Shown: positions 30,201 to 39,151 of the stretch, piece after piece | Layout of the letters: each line of letters starts with the position of its first letter | Position numbering within the stretch: position 1 is the first letter of the stretch | From: an uncultured candidate division Zixibacteria bacterium | GTDB taxonomy: Bacteria; Zixibacteria; MSB-5A5; UBA10806 | DNA: 64,000 nucleotides | Assembly: GCA_963817915.1 (NCBI GenBank) | Contig: CAWFQL010000012.1 | Location: forward strand, 96,001 to 160,000 | Reading direction: 5' to 3' | Translations under genes and position numbers: made by a program | The notes under the pieces: generated by a model | The model's input: only the letters and a program-made list of their open reading frames with translations | The model's database searches: none | What the model was told of the DNA's origin: nothing

Positions 30201-30217
30201 ACCCACCATGTCCACAA
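24293..30217 (-). CDS. sprA: T9SS outer-membrane translocon SprA/Sov homologue
   Basis: 1974 aa. V.G.IG.K...D....LANTIKLRYKGDENDIVQSVEAGNTNLSLP, FIDDFEG, WGGIMR, G.ISED, EQSL.L, VWLDEMR, long amphipathic beta strands and a C-terminal Phe. Confidence 0.9.
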   Translation of the reverse strand: MWTWWVVSFLTKIKFALLFLGLYSAAYGGDFADIKVPLQIKSDFVVRNEVGPPSDRTGLNRYAACYLFKFNKIRYSRDISFSKNRDYVYITDSAGDYDLSESQTYSFKEFLGYRRQYTFNETWQDDLKTSLGKIDKSTDQGGVKFTIPIETPKVISSIIGEGKSNIQVSGYRSISFSGKSEWEDGLENTGTFKQSKFPSLQMEQKSRFKVTGTIGSKITVEVDQDSQRDVDLANTIKLRYKGDENDIVQSVEAGNTNLSLPNATFIGYSQNVQGLFGIKATGRVGNLDLTMITSQEKGSSEKATFNAGARGTENELKDWQYLPNTYFWLGIDSLRALSDSISIRSVELYKSHGQPQQGESYPRGLACVTPLDSLPFVSSADSARGGEYLSTYFEQIDQTQYELYKASGFVVLDQQLDENISLGAYIKYVRYRGNIIDTMTVGSLSYRPNTSPDTTLVLKLLKLTNSNPTYATWNLMWRNVYDLGSRNISSEGFDLKIYMGQGGQGGQINDVDNQNSVCFITLLGLDSLNNNNPSVRTPDCIFDFNNTVIDASKGHLIFPERHPFDSPNLTVRTPEIYQYTPGSSRLSEFSKYYLRIKTSQRSSSYPLGRANIIEGSEVVKLGDGTVLRRGVDYNIVYDIGQITFLSEEAMNPAANVSVDFAYAPFFMPEKKTLFGIAGQYQLLENSNISIAAMYRSEAASDPRPRVGREPTKGFVWDSNFSFRFQPDLMTKMVDALPLVESDAQSSLEITGEIAQSLPNPNTKNEAFIDDFEGTKTATDLGMRRSIWTICSPPVDSANQKANLTRRGFFWWYNPYDVVSIKSIWPNRQVRSEDDRQDVLYFNFNPDSSASTPESTSTSPDLRWGGIMRSIYSGMADQSLTKFIEIWYLPDPNSASRTDDPTLHIDFGQISEDLNDNTELDSEDSNHDNVFTLNEDTGLGILRDDEWSYSADRREDYSHINGTKNNNNDPDRRGRFDTEDIDNSGSLNMQNGYFEYTVHLKDTLFVVDQSVAPSGTWKLLRIPLQDPNAYNVMGARASADFTKLNYARLWFSGASEPYFMKMASFELVGNKWQEDTVRATYGAPLGPNEKLEVTVKNTQENSSYYPPPGIAGNLDRATGIREKEQSLVLSYQEMTAGHAGQVYWDLYQSENYTLYQTLKMYVHGDSSSSSGKVTFFFRLGTKNTENYYEYRTVLQPDWNENNWVEIDFNKMTALKYEMMKRVRPESLLYADTTDGHYRVHGNPALSQISGFWAGVEIDTSATGTYTGEVWLDEMRVSNVRKKTDFAGKLQVNAKFADFLDLTLAYNKTGSDFVMLSSKIPSGMATTNKSIRLSTKLDKFFSPDLGLALPATFTYSTQISLPRLKPGSDIILNRESQQIEKSLTRSASYSFSEAFNRNTNNWLWNLTLNRINTSYFYSISQNNSPALPLSRLLSYKMTGAYDLTPKAKPSFKPLVWTKYLLMPKVISGADCFPLPTQFKFTANLDGSNKTERLPSSIQTYSRVKDLTLTASTGLNLFSSTRTNYSMGSTRDISDPASFKMSINPSKIKLGKEKTLNQRFDTNFIPKLSKLFDTKFTFNSSYDENTDIRQNSDGTRSTRAQNGIRIETRLNVPMLIPKDRGKSQMAPPPDKGNDNKSDEGTEPGQSDDKPKDDNNGQPSKGSPKWILKKMVGALSMIQPIQANYQKNKDLSLRGLVNRPSMAYIFGFSQNPHALVKDTPNLQLPNQSTTSNNIEISSGLQPFTSLSVTTGYQYKYTVTRSSNEPLFDKSATFPDLNFTLNGLEKLSFLTKLSSSVNLQTAFQKIVTTKGQADTKEVRNRETVKNFYPLMSLKFIFKNNVSASIRYDRKTGKTENLRGEGQSKVNTENSDNTLKISFSYSLSAPKGIKLPLLKKIKFDSQLSMALDITIRNTIAENLVESVRTPTSKTVDLTIEPKLSYQFSRAITGGLNGAWTDTNNKITQRKHHIRRLGIWTEIRF

Positions 30218-30290
30218 AAAGCGGACCCTTAGTATCTCATATTTTAATCATTAGCAATATTCCCTAAAGCCTCCTTTTGTACGGGTTTCA

Positions 30291-31202
30291 TTACGGCCCA
30301 ATATACAAAATTTCCCTTTTCAAGTCCACACCAAATTTATCCAAAACAGCTTTATTCATATTGCCTATTAATGTCTTTACATCGCTTGAAGTTGCGTGGC
30401 CCATATTTACGACAATATTACAATGTTTGTCAAAGATAGCCGCGTCTCCAATTCTCATATCCTTTACTCCAGCTTCCTCAAGTAGTTTTCCCGCCGGTAT
30501 AACATTCTTGGGGTCTTCCAGAGTTCTTAAATTTTTAAACACCGATCCGGCAGACCCTAATCCCACCGGATGCCTATCCTGTCGGAATTTCCTTCTCTCA
30601 TTTACTATTTCGGCTAATTTATTCTGGTCTGCAGGATTAAGCCTAAGGTAGACCGAAAGCACTACATCGCCGCAATCCGATAAAAGCGACTTTCTATAAG
30701 CGAATTTAAAATAATTATTATCCACAATGACGATTTTGTCCTCGTGATTATAGATTACGCCCTTCTCCAGAATTTCATTGATTGCATGCCCGAATGCGCC
30801 GGCATTGCCATATACAGCGCCACCGATAGTACCGCGAATACCCGCCGCGTATTCAAGTCCGCCCAATGATCTTTCGACCGCGACATCGACCATGCTATCG
30901 ACAAGCGCACCGGACTGGGCCGCGGCTCCCGTAGAATCGAATTGGAAATGCCTGCACTCATCTTTAATTATCATGCCGTCGAATCCCTGATCATCAATAA
31001 GGATATTCGATCCGCCGCCAAGAATAAAATATTTGATATCATTTTTGCGCGCGGCTCTTATTGCCCGGATAATTTCTGTTGGAGTTTGAGCCGTGATAAA
31101 ATACCTGGCAGGGCCGCCGATCCCGAATGATGTATATGGCGCCAGGATTACATTTTCCTGCAGAGCAATGCCCAGTGTTTTAATTGGTGTATTATTATTC
31201 AT
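30291..31202 (-). CDS. murB: UDP-N-acetylmuramate dehydrogenase MurB
   Basis: YTSFGIGGPA, LGGGSN, GTIGGAVYGNAGA, SAGSVFKN and KHCN..VN. Start uncertain (31202 or 31238). Confidence 0.94.
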   Translation of the reverse strand: MNNNTPIKTLGIALQENVILAPYTSFGIGGPARYFITAQTPTEIIRAIRAARKNDIKYFILGGGSNILIDDQGFDGMIIKDECRHFQFDSTGAAAQSGALVDSMVDVAVERSLGGLEYAAGIRGTIGGAVYGNAGAFGHAINEILEKGVIYNHEDKIVIVDNNYFKFAYRKSLLSDCGDVVLSVYLRLNPADQNKLAEIVNERRKFRQDRHPVGLGSAGSVFKNLRTLEDPKNVIPAGKLLEEAGVKDMRIGDAAIFDKHCNIVVNMGHATSSDVKTLIGNMNKAVLDKFGVDLKREILYIGP

Positions 31203-31219
31203 AATGAGATTCTGATGTC

Positions 31220-32809
31220 CTATTGACCGGGGTTCCATTCCATATTTTTAATTTTCCACATTGAAATTGACAACGACATAATCATGAATATTCCGGCGAT
31301 AACAAAAATTGGGAATATTGGAGAGATTCCGTTGGAAAATAGAATCTTTGGCATAAATGAGGCCAGATATAAGAGCGCCACCGTGAAAAATGTCAAGATA
31401 ATATACAAAAAACCGCCAAAGCCTTTTAGTATTTTATTTGATTTTTCCCATTTGAAATCGCCGTAAAATATCCCCATTGGTAACCCGGCGGCAAATCCTG
31501 CCCAGGAAAAGCTTACCATAATAAATAGATACGATATTTCATTTGCTTTTCCAAAGATCAAATGAATAATGGAGATCATTGTTGCGCCGAGAGTAATAAA
31601 TAATAACCCTAAGAGCGATTTGCTGATCAGAGTCTGTCTTTGTCCGTCGGGGATAGCGATATTCCACCAGAATGCTTTTCTCTCCATAAGGACGATACGA
31701 CTTCCGACCTGTCCTCCAAATAATGCGGCAAACATGCCGCTGACGGGGGAAATAGTTCCTGAAAAGAAATTCGTAGAATCATTTCCTGTAAATGCGATAA
31801 ATGGAAACAACAAGAGAAATATCATTATGACGACATTGGACATCATGATTTCGGTTTCTCTAAAAAATAAAATAAAATCTCGTTTAAAATGCGCCACAAT
31901 AGGAGAAGTCCCGACATTAATATTCGCCGTTTTTTCTGAAGCCAATTCCGGTATCTCTTGAATAATTCCGCTGAGATAATGACGCGCGGTTATTTTATAT
32001 GAAATATAGGCCATAACTAATGCGCATCCCACTAATGCGACAAATGGTAAGAGGAATAGCGACCATTGGCCCGAGGCGCTATCTGCTGAGGCCTTTGATG
32101 CCCATCCCGGAGGAAGCCAGCTGAAAATTGGAGAATTGACAAAGCTTTTGGATGTAGAACTCCAAAAAGCGCCGGTATTTTGATTGTCGAGCGTTCTTCG
32201 GTTGATAAGATTCATAGTTGCCCAAATTGCGACCCCCATGAGGCTTCCGACCACCGTCAGCAACACCTTGAGTCTGTTTTTCGATACTATCCGCGACAAA
32301 AATGCGGCAAGAATAATTCCAATTGATCCGGGAATCGACGCCATTAGAATTGTTATTATTACTGCCAAAATGTAGAACCACAACGAAGCATTATAGAATA
32401 TTCCGAGTAAGATAAGAGTGGGTACCAAAAAAAATATCGATAACTGAGTATTCAATAATGTGGCCTCAATAATTTTATAAATGAATATGCTCGATGATTT
32501 AATTGGCAGTGTCAGCAACAGCTCAATCTCATTACCATAAAATATTGTTAACACTGCTTTAGATAGTCCGGTGTATAATAGGACAATAAAAACCGCGTAG
32601 AATGCTATTGATGTCAGATGCTCGATTATAATGCCGCCACTGGACGGCTGATGTCGGGCATATTGATATATGGAGAAGGAAATACTGAACATGATAACGG
32701 CGATAGCCAGAAATGCCAGTATCAACAAAATAAGTTTGCCCACCTTAGCGCCCTCTTTGAACATCGAAAGCGAATTTTTTAGCCTATATTTGAAAAGAGT
32801 TAATATCAT
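31220..32809 (-). CDS. Putative ABC exporter permease subunit
   Basis: About 12-14 TM segments and E.ELLLTLPI motif; coupled to the ABC ATPase gene. Confidence 0.82.
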   Translation of the reverse strand: MILTLFKYRLKNSLSMFKEGAKVGKLILLILAFLAIAVIMFSISFSIYQYARHQPSSGGIIIEHLTSIAFYAVFIVLLYTGLSKAVLTIFYGNEIELLLTLPIKSSSIFIYKIIEATLLNTQLSIFFLVPTLILLGIFYNASLWFYILAVIITILMASIPGSIGIILAAFLSRIVSKNRLKVLLTVVGSLMGVAIWATMNLINRRTLDNQNTGAFWSSTSKSFVNSPIFSWLPPGWASKASADSASGQWSLFLLPFVALVGCALVMAYISYKITARHYLSGIIQEIPELASEKTANINVGTSPIVAHFKRDFILFFRETEIMMSNVVIMIFLLLFPFIAFTGNDSTNFFSGTISPVSGMFAALFGGQVGSRIVLMERKAFWWNIAIPDGQRQTLISKSLLGLLFITLGATMISIIHLIFGKANEISYLFIMVSFSWAGFAAGLPMGIFYGDFKWEKSNKILKGFGGFLYIILTFFTVALLYLASFMPKILFSNGISPIFPIFVIAGIFMIMSLSISMWKIKNMEWNPGQ

Positions 32810-33573
32810 TATTGATTTTTAAGGTATTTTACAACTTCGTCGTATTCCGATCCACCGGTTAGCTCTATAAAAAGCTCTTCCAAAGTCGACTTCTGATTTG
32901 CATTATCTCTTAGCTCATTGATTGATCCCTGCGCTGCAATTTTGCCTTTGTTGATTATATAAAGTCTGTCGCACATACTTTCGGCAATCTCGAGAATATG
33001 TGTAGAAAACAGGATGGCACAGCCGTTCCGGGCCAATTCGATCATCACATCTTTAATCTTGCGGGTCGCTCTGGGATCGAGGCCGCCGGTCGGCTCATCG
33101 AGAAGCAATACATCCGGTCGATGCAGGACTGCGGCTGCCAGTGAAACCTTTTGCTTGGTTCCATGCGATAATGAGGAAATCAGTTTTTTTTTGCTTTCTC
33201 CCAAGTCGAATAGATCAATCAAGTCAGTAATTCTTTTTTCACCGACCGCCTTTTCAAGCCTGAAAACCTCGGAGATGAAGTTGAAAAATTCAATCGGGGT
33301 GAGTTTTTCGTAGAGATTCGGGATATCAGGCACAAAACCGATTTTGGCCTTGGCGGCTACTGGATCTTTGGAAATATCAAATCCGCAAATGGAAATTTGA
33401 CCCTTATCCGGTTTTAGAAGCCCGATAAGCATTTTCAAAGTTGTAGTTTTCCCGGCTCCATTTGGGCCAAGAAATCCGACTATCTGGCCTGCCTCAACTT
33501 TGATAGTAATATCATCGACAGCTATTTTTTTGTCATAGCTTTTGCTTAAGTTGTCCGCTGATAGCTTTATCAT
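32809..33573 (-). CDS. ABC transporter ATP-binding protein
   Basis: GPNGAGKTT, LSHGTKQK, LLLDEP and STH. Confidence 0.95.
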   Translation of the reverse strand: MIKLSADNLSKSYDKKIAVDDITIKVEAGQIVGFLGPNGAGKTTTLKMLIGLLKPDKGQISICGFDISKDPVAAKAKIGFVPDIPNLYEKLTPIEFFNFISEVFRLEKAVGEKRITDLIDLFDLGESKKKLISSLSHGTKQKVSLAAAVLHRPDVLLLDEPTGGLDPRATRKIKDVMIELARNGCAILFSTHILEIAESMCDRLYIINKGKIAAQGSINELRDNANQKSTLEELFIELTGGSEYDEVVKYLKNQ

Positions 33574-33597
33574 AAATTATAGACTATTCCGTTTGAA

Positions 33598-33963
33598 TTA
33601 ATCTTTTGGTTGGTTTGGTATATCAGAATCGGGCGGTTTTTCTCCAGATTCTTTAGGGCTGTCATCCGCCTTATCAGGTCCCTTTTTTATTTCATCCAGA
33701 TAATTCATTCGAAGCTCGTAAATTGAATGTTGAAGATATTTCGCTTCGTTTTCTGAGAGATTCCCCTTGGTCTTTTCTTCCAGCATGGCCAGCATATCTA
33801 TGGTATGGCGGGCCATCTCGATATCTCGTTCTATTTTTCCGGAAACAATACTCGGCACCTTACCCATCTGCTGCCATGCCGCCGCCTGAAATGACAGGAT
33901 TAATTGCGTGAATAGAAATTCATTGTCGTATTGAATCGGATTAGGATCGTCAGGATTATTCAT
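33598..33963 (-). CDS. DUF1844 family protein
   Basis: A...MGK.P......ERD...A...IDML.ML.EKTKGNL...E...L.....LR..Y pattern. Confidence 0.85.
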   Translation of the reverse strand: MNNPDDPNPIQYDNEFLFTQLILSFQAAAWQQMGKVPSIVSGKIERDIEMARHTIDMLAMLEEKTKGNLSENEAKYLQHSIYELRMNYLDEIKKGPDKADDSPKESGEKPPDSDIPNQPKD

Positions 33964-34147
33964 CTATCCTATCCTCCGGCGAAAGCTTGACCGCCATGGA
34001 AAGCTTATGCTGAAGATCCATAATGTCGGCTTCTATCTGTTTAAGCAATCTTTCAAGGTCGAAGTCTTTGGCATATGGAATCAAGCCGTGTATGATAGCG
34101 GCAACCTCGTCGGTCTTATCCAATGCTATTTTTGCGGATGCTTTCAT
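33956..34147 (-). CDS. Small hypothetical helical protein
   Basis: Fills the recG-DUF1844 gap, overlaps the next gene start, and has a GGGAG SD before ATG 34147. Confidence 0.65.
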   Translation of the reverse strand: MKASAKIALDKTDEVAAIIHGLIPYAKDFDLERLLKQIEADIMDLQHKLSMAVKLSPEDRIDE

Positions 34148-34192
34148 ATAATTTGCTCCCTTGTTTATGGCAAACCCGGCCAATAAATGTAA

Positions 34193-36323
34193 TTATCCAA
34201 TTTTCGCATATTTAATTTTCTTCCCCAATCTTCTTTTCAGGATCGTCTTTATCTGGCTGTTCTCAGACTTATTTAACGTAGGGTCGTCCTCAACCATATC
34301 GAATGCCAGCTGTCTTGCCAATGACACTAATCGAGTGTCGGTAATTCGGGCTACTTTTAAATCCGGAAGCCCATGTTGTCTGGTCCCAAGAACTTCACCC
34401 GGTCCCCTGATATCAAGGTCTGACTCGGCAATTTTAAATCCATCGTTGGTTGACGTCAAGACATCAATTCGTTTTTGAGCCTCCTCGCCAGGTTCTTTTC
34501 CCACGAGCAGGAAACAATATGATTTTATTCCGGCTCGGCCAACTCTCCCGCGCAACTGATGAAGCTGTGAAAGACCGAACCTTTCGGCATGTTCGATAAT
34601 CATGATAGTCGCGGAGGGAATATCAAGGCCGACTTCGACTATGGTTGTGGCGATTAAAATATCGATTTCCCTATTCTTGAATGATAACATGACCGCATTT
34701 TTTTCGGCGCTTTTCATCTGGCCATGCAATAATCCTAGCCTGAAATCCGAAAATTCGCCGTTTTTCAATTTCTCAAATGATTGTGTCGCGGCTTTCAAAT
34801 CCGATTTTTCGGTTTCTTCAACCAATGGAAACACTAAAAATGCCGAGTTGCCATCACGAATAGAGCTTTTGACAAAATCATACATATCTTGTCGCTTGTC
34901 TTCCGGAACGAATTTTGTTGAAACAGGGATTCTGCCCGGCGGCAATTCATCGATTATAGAAACATCGAGATCGCCGTAGATTGTCATTGCCAGCGAACGG
35001 GGGATTGGGGTGGCGGTCATTACAAGGATATCGGGACTAATTCCCTTGCTTTGCAGCGCGCCTCTCTGGGTTACGCCGAATCTGTGTTGTTCATCTATAA
35101 CCGCGAAGCCGAGCTTCTTAAATACAATGCCTTCCTGAATTAAGGCATGTGTGCCGATTGTCAATTTCGCCTTCCCTGACGATATCGATTCCATGACCGC
35201 TTTCCGTTCTTTATTCTTAATCGAACTGGTCAGAGAGCACTGTTTCTATCCCAAGCGGCGCCAAAAGCTCATTAATTAAGTAATAATGTTGCTCGGCCAA
35301 AATTTCGGTCGGCGCCATCAATGCCGCTTGATATCCGGACTCAATAGCGCCTAAAATTGCCAGTACGGCAACAATAGTCTTTCCGCTGCCGACATCGCCC
35401 TGAACAAGTCGGCTCATCTGATATTTGGCTCCCATATCGGCATATATCTCATTGAGAACTTTTATCTGTGCCTTAGTCAATTTGAATCCCAGGTTATTTA
35501 GAAGCTTACGGCCATTTATTTTGGGCGGAAGCAGGACTATGCCGTTGGCCTTTTCGCGACGTTTCTTATGCCGTCCAGCCATGATGAGTTCGAGATAAAA
35601 AAGCTCCTCAAATGCTAATCTCTGTCGTCCGGAGTCGGCCGCTTCGTATGTCTCAGGGAAATGAACCTGGCTGATAGATCGGGTTAAATCGGGAAGACCA
35701 TATTCGCGGCGCCATTTCTCAGGAATCGTCTCGCAAGGTGATTCAGCCAGTCGATCCAATGCTGGCTTGATTATTCGCCGAAGTCCTCTGGAGTGAAGCC
35801 CCATATTTTTCAATAATGAATTTTCGGGATAAATCGGTATGATTCGTCCCGAATGAATAGTCTCATCTTCGCTGGAACCGACTATTTCGAATTCGGGATG
35901 CGGCAAATACAAACGGCCGTATTCTCTGATTGTGCCTGATACGAACAAGATATCGCCGATCTCAAATGCTTGCTCTAAATACTTATATCCCGAAAACCAT
36001 ACCAATTCGAGGCTGCCGGTTCGATCTTCAAGCATCACGACAAAACGCAATTTTCGTCCACGAGTCATTCCAAATGCCGCAACTGTCCCAAGAATCGTCA
36101 CGCTCATTCCTGGGGCAATATCATTAATGGTAGATATCAGCGTCCTATCCAAGTATTTGCGTGGAACATAGTAGAAAAGATCAAGAACCGTAAAAATGCC
36201 GCATTTATTGAGGACCTCGGCTTTTTTAGGGCCGACACCTTTGAGATATTTAACATCCGAAAAAAGATAATCAAGCCCGACCGGGGCTCGATTTGACGAT
36301 TTTACGATATTTTTTTCAGGCAC
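34193..36323 (-). CDS. recG: ATP-dependent DNA helicase RecG, split by a +1 frameshift near 35235
   Basis: N-part has QGDVGSGKT and APTEILAEQH; C-part has IDEQHRFG, MTATPIPR and QLHQLRGRVGR. Removing one base restores ETVLLTSSIKNKERKAVMESISSG. Confidence 0.95.
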
Positions 36324-36464
36324 ATTTAATCATAAAGTTGTAATCATTTAAAGTCAAGCCGGATAAACGATTTTCGGCTTTTTCAAATATTATCTGATGA
36401 CCTGATTAAAATACTTGCCATATTTACCAAATTGACTATATTGGCGCAGATTTTGGAGGAGACT

Positions 36465-36650
36465 ATGGCGCAAGTATGTGAAATATGCGGAAAAAAACCG
36501 GGCTACGGTTCAACTGTAAGCCATGCACACAATGTTTCCAAACGGCGATTCAATATTAATTTGAAATCCGTTAATGCTCGTGTGAATGGCAAACCGACAA
36601 AATTACGAGTTTGTACAGGCTGCCTGAAGGCCGGCAAGGTTATGAAATAA
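36465..36650 (+). CDS. rpmB: 50S ribosomal protein L28 (Zn-ribbon form, CxxC...CxxC)
   Basis: MAQVCEICGKKPGYGSTVSHAHNVSKRRFNINL...VCTGCLK with a GGAGGAG SD. Confidence 0.97.
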   Translation: MAQVCEICGKKPGYGSTVSHAHNVSKRRFNINLKSVNARVNGKPTKLRVCTGCLKAGKVMK

Positions 36651-36674
36651 CCTAATTCCGCATCGAATGAATCT

Positions 36675-36706
36675 GCCCCAATTGCTTGCTCGGTTGGGGT
36701 TTTTTT
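36675..36706 (+). terminator. Rho-independent terminator after rpmB
   Basis: GCCCCAATTG-cttgct-CGGTTGGGGT followed by a T tract. Confidence 0.75.
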
Positions 36707-36867
36707 ATTGTTTTTTTTGCCTATCAGCGGCGTGCGATTGCCGCGTCCGGCATCCGCCGGACCACAATAGCAGGCGAGATTTCGTAAAATCATCCTAAAT
36801 ATCTTCAAATTAATATTTCAATAATCAATTCTTCTTTTGAGCCAATAGTTCTCCCGGCGCTATTGTG

Positions 36868-36890
36868 CTCCCGACCCAGGGGGTCGGGAG
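36868..36890. repeat. Perfect 10-bp inverted repeat
   Basis: CTCCCGACCC-AGG-GGGTCGGGAG in the intergenic region, with no T tract. Confidence 0.6.
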
Positions 36891-36910
36891 GCGGCAATCG
36901 CTTGGTGACG

Positions 36911-37016
36911 TGTCAAATTTGCCACAGTTTAGAGCTTTCGACACATTTAGCGGCCTGTCCATACTATCTTAATCCATTGCCTTATAAGGGCTTGCGTGTG
37001 CGGCACGATAATTGAT
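36911..37016 (+). promoter_or_regulatory. Candidate sigma54 promoter with upstream activator site
   Basis: CGGCACGATAATTGAT (GG-N10-GA) at 37001-37016 and TGT-N10-ACA at 36911-36926. Confidence 0.45.
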
Positions 37017-37064
37017 TTAATATCGGCCGTGAACAGGAATAGAAACCAAATTCAGGAGGAGAAA

Positions 37065-38150
37065 ATGAAGAATTCAGGATCGATAGCGGCGATAATCGCG
37101 ATAGTATCAATAATGTTTGCGGTAGTGATGGTTGGCGGTCTCAGGCATATCCCGGAGGCAATTGAAGGCCCGAATATAAATGCCAATCCTGCAAATGCTT
37201 CTTATGCGAAGGATTCAGCTCATGCCAATTGCCCGGAAATTTATACCATAATTTCCGATCAGGGCAGGTTAGTAATCGGCGCTGATGATGGCATTTACAA
37301 AATGGAATCGCTGAAAAAGGGCAATGTCCCAGAAAAATGCGAACCTGGAATTGAGCTCATGCAACTCAATATCATCATGGCAAAGGATGATGTTCGCTAT
37401 GTCGGCGGCGAGGGGCTTTTTGAGCTTGATAAGGACTATTCGACAATGCTGGCACGATACAATTACGGCGAACAGGTCAATGCGCTTATCCCATACGGCA
37501 ATGGTGTCATGGTTGGCACAGAGCAGGGGCTATGGTTTCATTGCGATGATCCATTGTCTGAAACCGGTTGCGCGGATACATTGCTGAAACCAGGCGTAAT
37601 CGTCACTTCGCTGGCCAAAGATCGCGACGGTCTCTGGGTCGGGACTTATGGCGATGGGCTTTACTATTATGATGGCAATACATTTCACGAACGGACATTG
37701 AAACGCGACCCGATGGCATTAGCTACTGTCAATGCGCTCGAATATTCGTACCCGTTTCTATGGGTTGGAACTGACTACGCGTTGTTTCGTTACGATGGCG
37801 GCAAATGGAGCCAGATGTTTGTCGAGGATTCATCGGAGACATACAATGTAACATCAATAATGAGCACACCGGCCGCGACATATATCGGAACATCGGATTG
37901 CCTGATGAAATTCGCCGATGACAACTTGAAGATGATCGATGGTTTCGATGGCATGCTGATAGCGGGATTTTGCAAAAGCGAAAGGGGGGTATTGGTGGCC
38001 ACAAGATATGATGGAATATTCACATTTAATGGAAAGGAGGAAGTCGTTTCGCCGGACCAGCTGAAGCTCCGTCAATTAACAGGCGATGAGGTAGATGAAA
38101 AGATCTTGGCCGAGATTGAATCAAAATTATTCGCCCAGGGAGCCAAATAA
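37065..38150 (+). CDS. Membrane-anchored or secreted beta-propeller protein (two-component regulator propeller-like repeats)
   Basis: N-terminal hydrophobic helix and repeats LWVGTYGDGLYYYDG / LWVGTDYALFRYDG. AGGAGG SD precedes ATG 37065. Confidence 0.78.
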   Translation: MKNSGSIAAIIAIVSIMFAVVMVGGLRHIPEAIEGPNINANPANASYAKDSAHANCPEIYTIISDQGRLVIGADDGIYKMESLKKGNVPEKCEPGIELMQLNIIMAKDDVRYVGGEGLFELDKDYSTMLARYNYGEQVNALIPYGNGVMVGTEQGLWFHCDDPLSETGCADTLLKPGVIVTSLAKDRDGLWVGTYGDGLYYYDGNTFHERTLKRDPMALATVNALEYSYPFLWVGTDYALFRYDGGKWSQMFVEDSSETYNVTSIMSTPAATYIGTSDCLMKFADDNLKMIDGFDGMLIAGFCKSERGVLVATRYDGIFTFNGKEEVVSPDQLKLRQLTGDEVDEKILAEIESKLFAQGAK

Positions 38151-38189
38151 ATTTAGAGTGTCTTAAACTAATGCTTATTGGTCACCAAT

Positions 38190-38218
38190 AGCCGTCCGGT
38201 GCAAGCCGGGCGGCTTTT
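38190..38218 (+). terminator. Rho-independent terminator
   Basis: AGCCGTCCGGT-gcaa-GCCGGGCGGCT followed by TTT. Confidence 0.75.
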
Positions 38219-38309
38219 ATTATCAGAAATAACTTGACTAAACTCTCTATTATTATTAATTATTACGTAAATAGACTTAGTTCTCAACCCATGACATGGG
38301 GGAGTAAAG

Positions 38310-39127
38310 ATGAGAAAATCAATTATAGTCTTTTTTCTATTATCCGGGATTTACCCTTTATTGGCATTTGCTCAGGACCCGGGGATGCCGGATTCGGTCA
38401 TTTTCGGCAATCTGGATGGTTCCCCGATCTATTCTGATAGAGTAGTCCATTTGCCCCTTTGGTTTAAAAATGATGAAGACCTAACGTTCATGACATTATC
38501 CGTTGGAATAGACAGGGCATTTGGACATTTCGGAGCACAAATACTATACAATTACCCATTAAATTCATGGGATGTCTGCTGGGACACACTTTATTCCTCG
38601 TCACCGTTTCCGGAATTTCCCGATTATTTATTTATGACATTGGTACTAATGAGTGACACCGGCGGGGAGCCAAATCCGCCATTAAATACCGATTCCAGTT
38701 GGCAACAAATATTGTCGATTAGGTTAATTCTAAATTCGGATTCGTCTCTGATTGGAGATACGACTTGTATCGCCGCTTTCTGGCCCGGAATATCCTCAGT
38801 CAGCGCTGGATGCATTATTATCGCCAGTCCCACTGAAGTTTCTGATAGGCTAATGATCCCGATCGCTCCGTCTCTTCTTCAAAACTACCCCAACCCCTTC
38901 AACGCCCAGACCACTATCAGCTATAGCTTGCCGACCGCCAGCGATGTCACTATCGATATCTTCGATATCCTTGGCCGAAAAATCACTTCGATGAATCAAG
39001 GCCGTTCAGTCCAGCGGGATCACATTCGGTAACATGGGATGCCAGCGATGCGGCTTCGGGAATCTATTTTTATCGGATCGATGCTAATGGATTTAACGAG
39101 ACAAGGCAGATGGTGCTGCTGAAATAA
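38310..39127 (+). CDS. T9SS type A CTD protein with a cohesin-like beta-sandwich; CTD frameshifted near 39007-39012
   Basis: Signal peptide AFA|Q and QNYPNPFN CTD. The CTD continues in another frame to ...RQMVLLK* at 39127; this copy is 2 nt longer than intact ones. Confidence 0.75.
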
Positions 39128-39151
39128 TACCTAGGGAGAGAAGTTGAAACC

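Noticed and set aside
36707..36900. GC-rich intergenic stretch as a tRNA, riboswitch or other ncRNA
   Set aside because: No tRNA cloverleaf or recognisable riboswitch consensus could be seen, only isolated hairpins. An Infernal/Rfam search would be needed.
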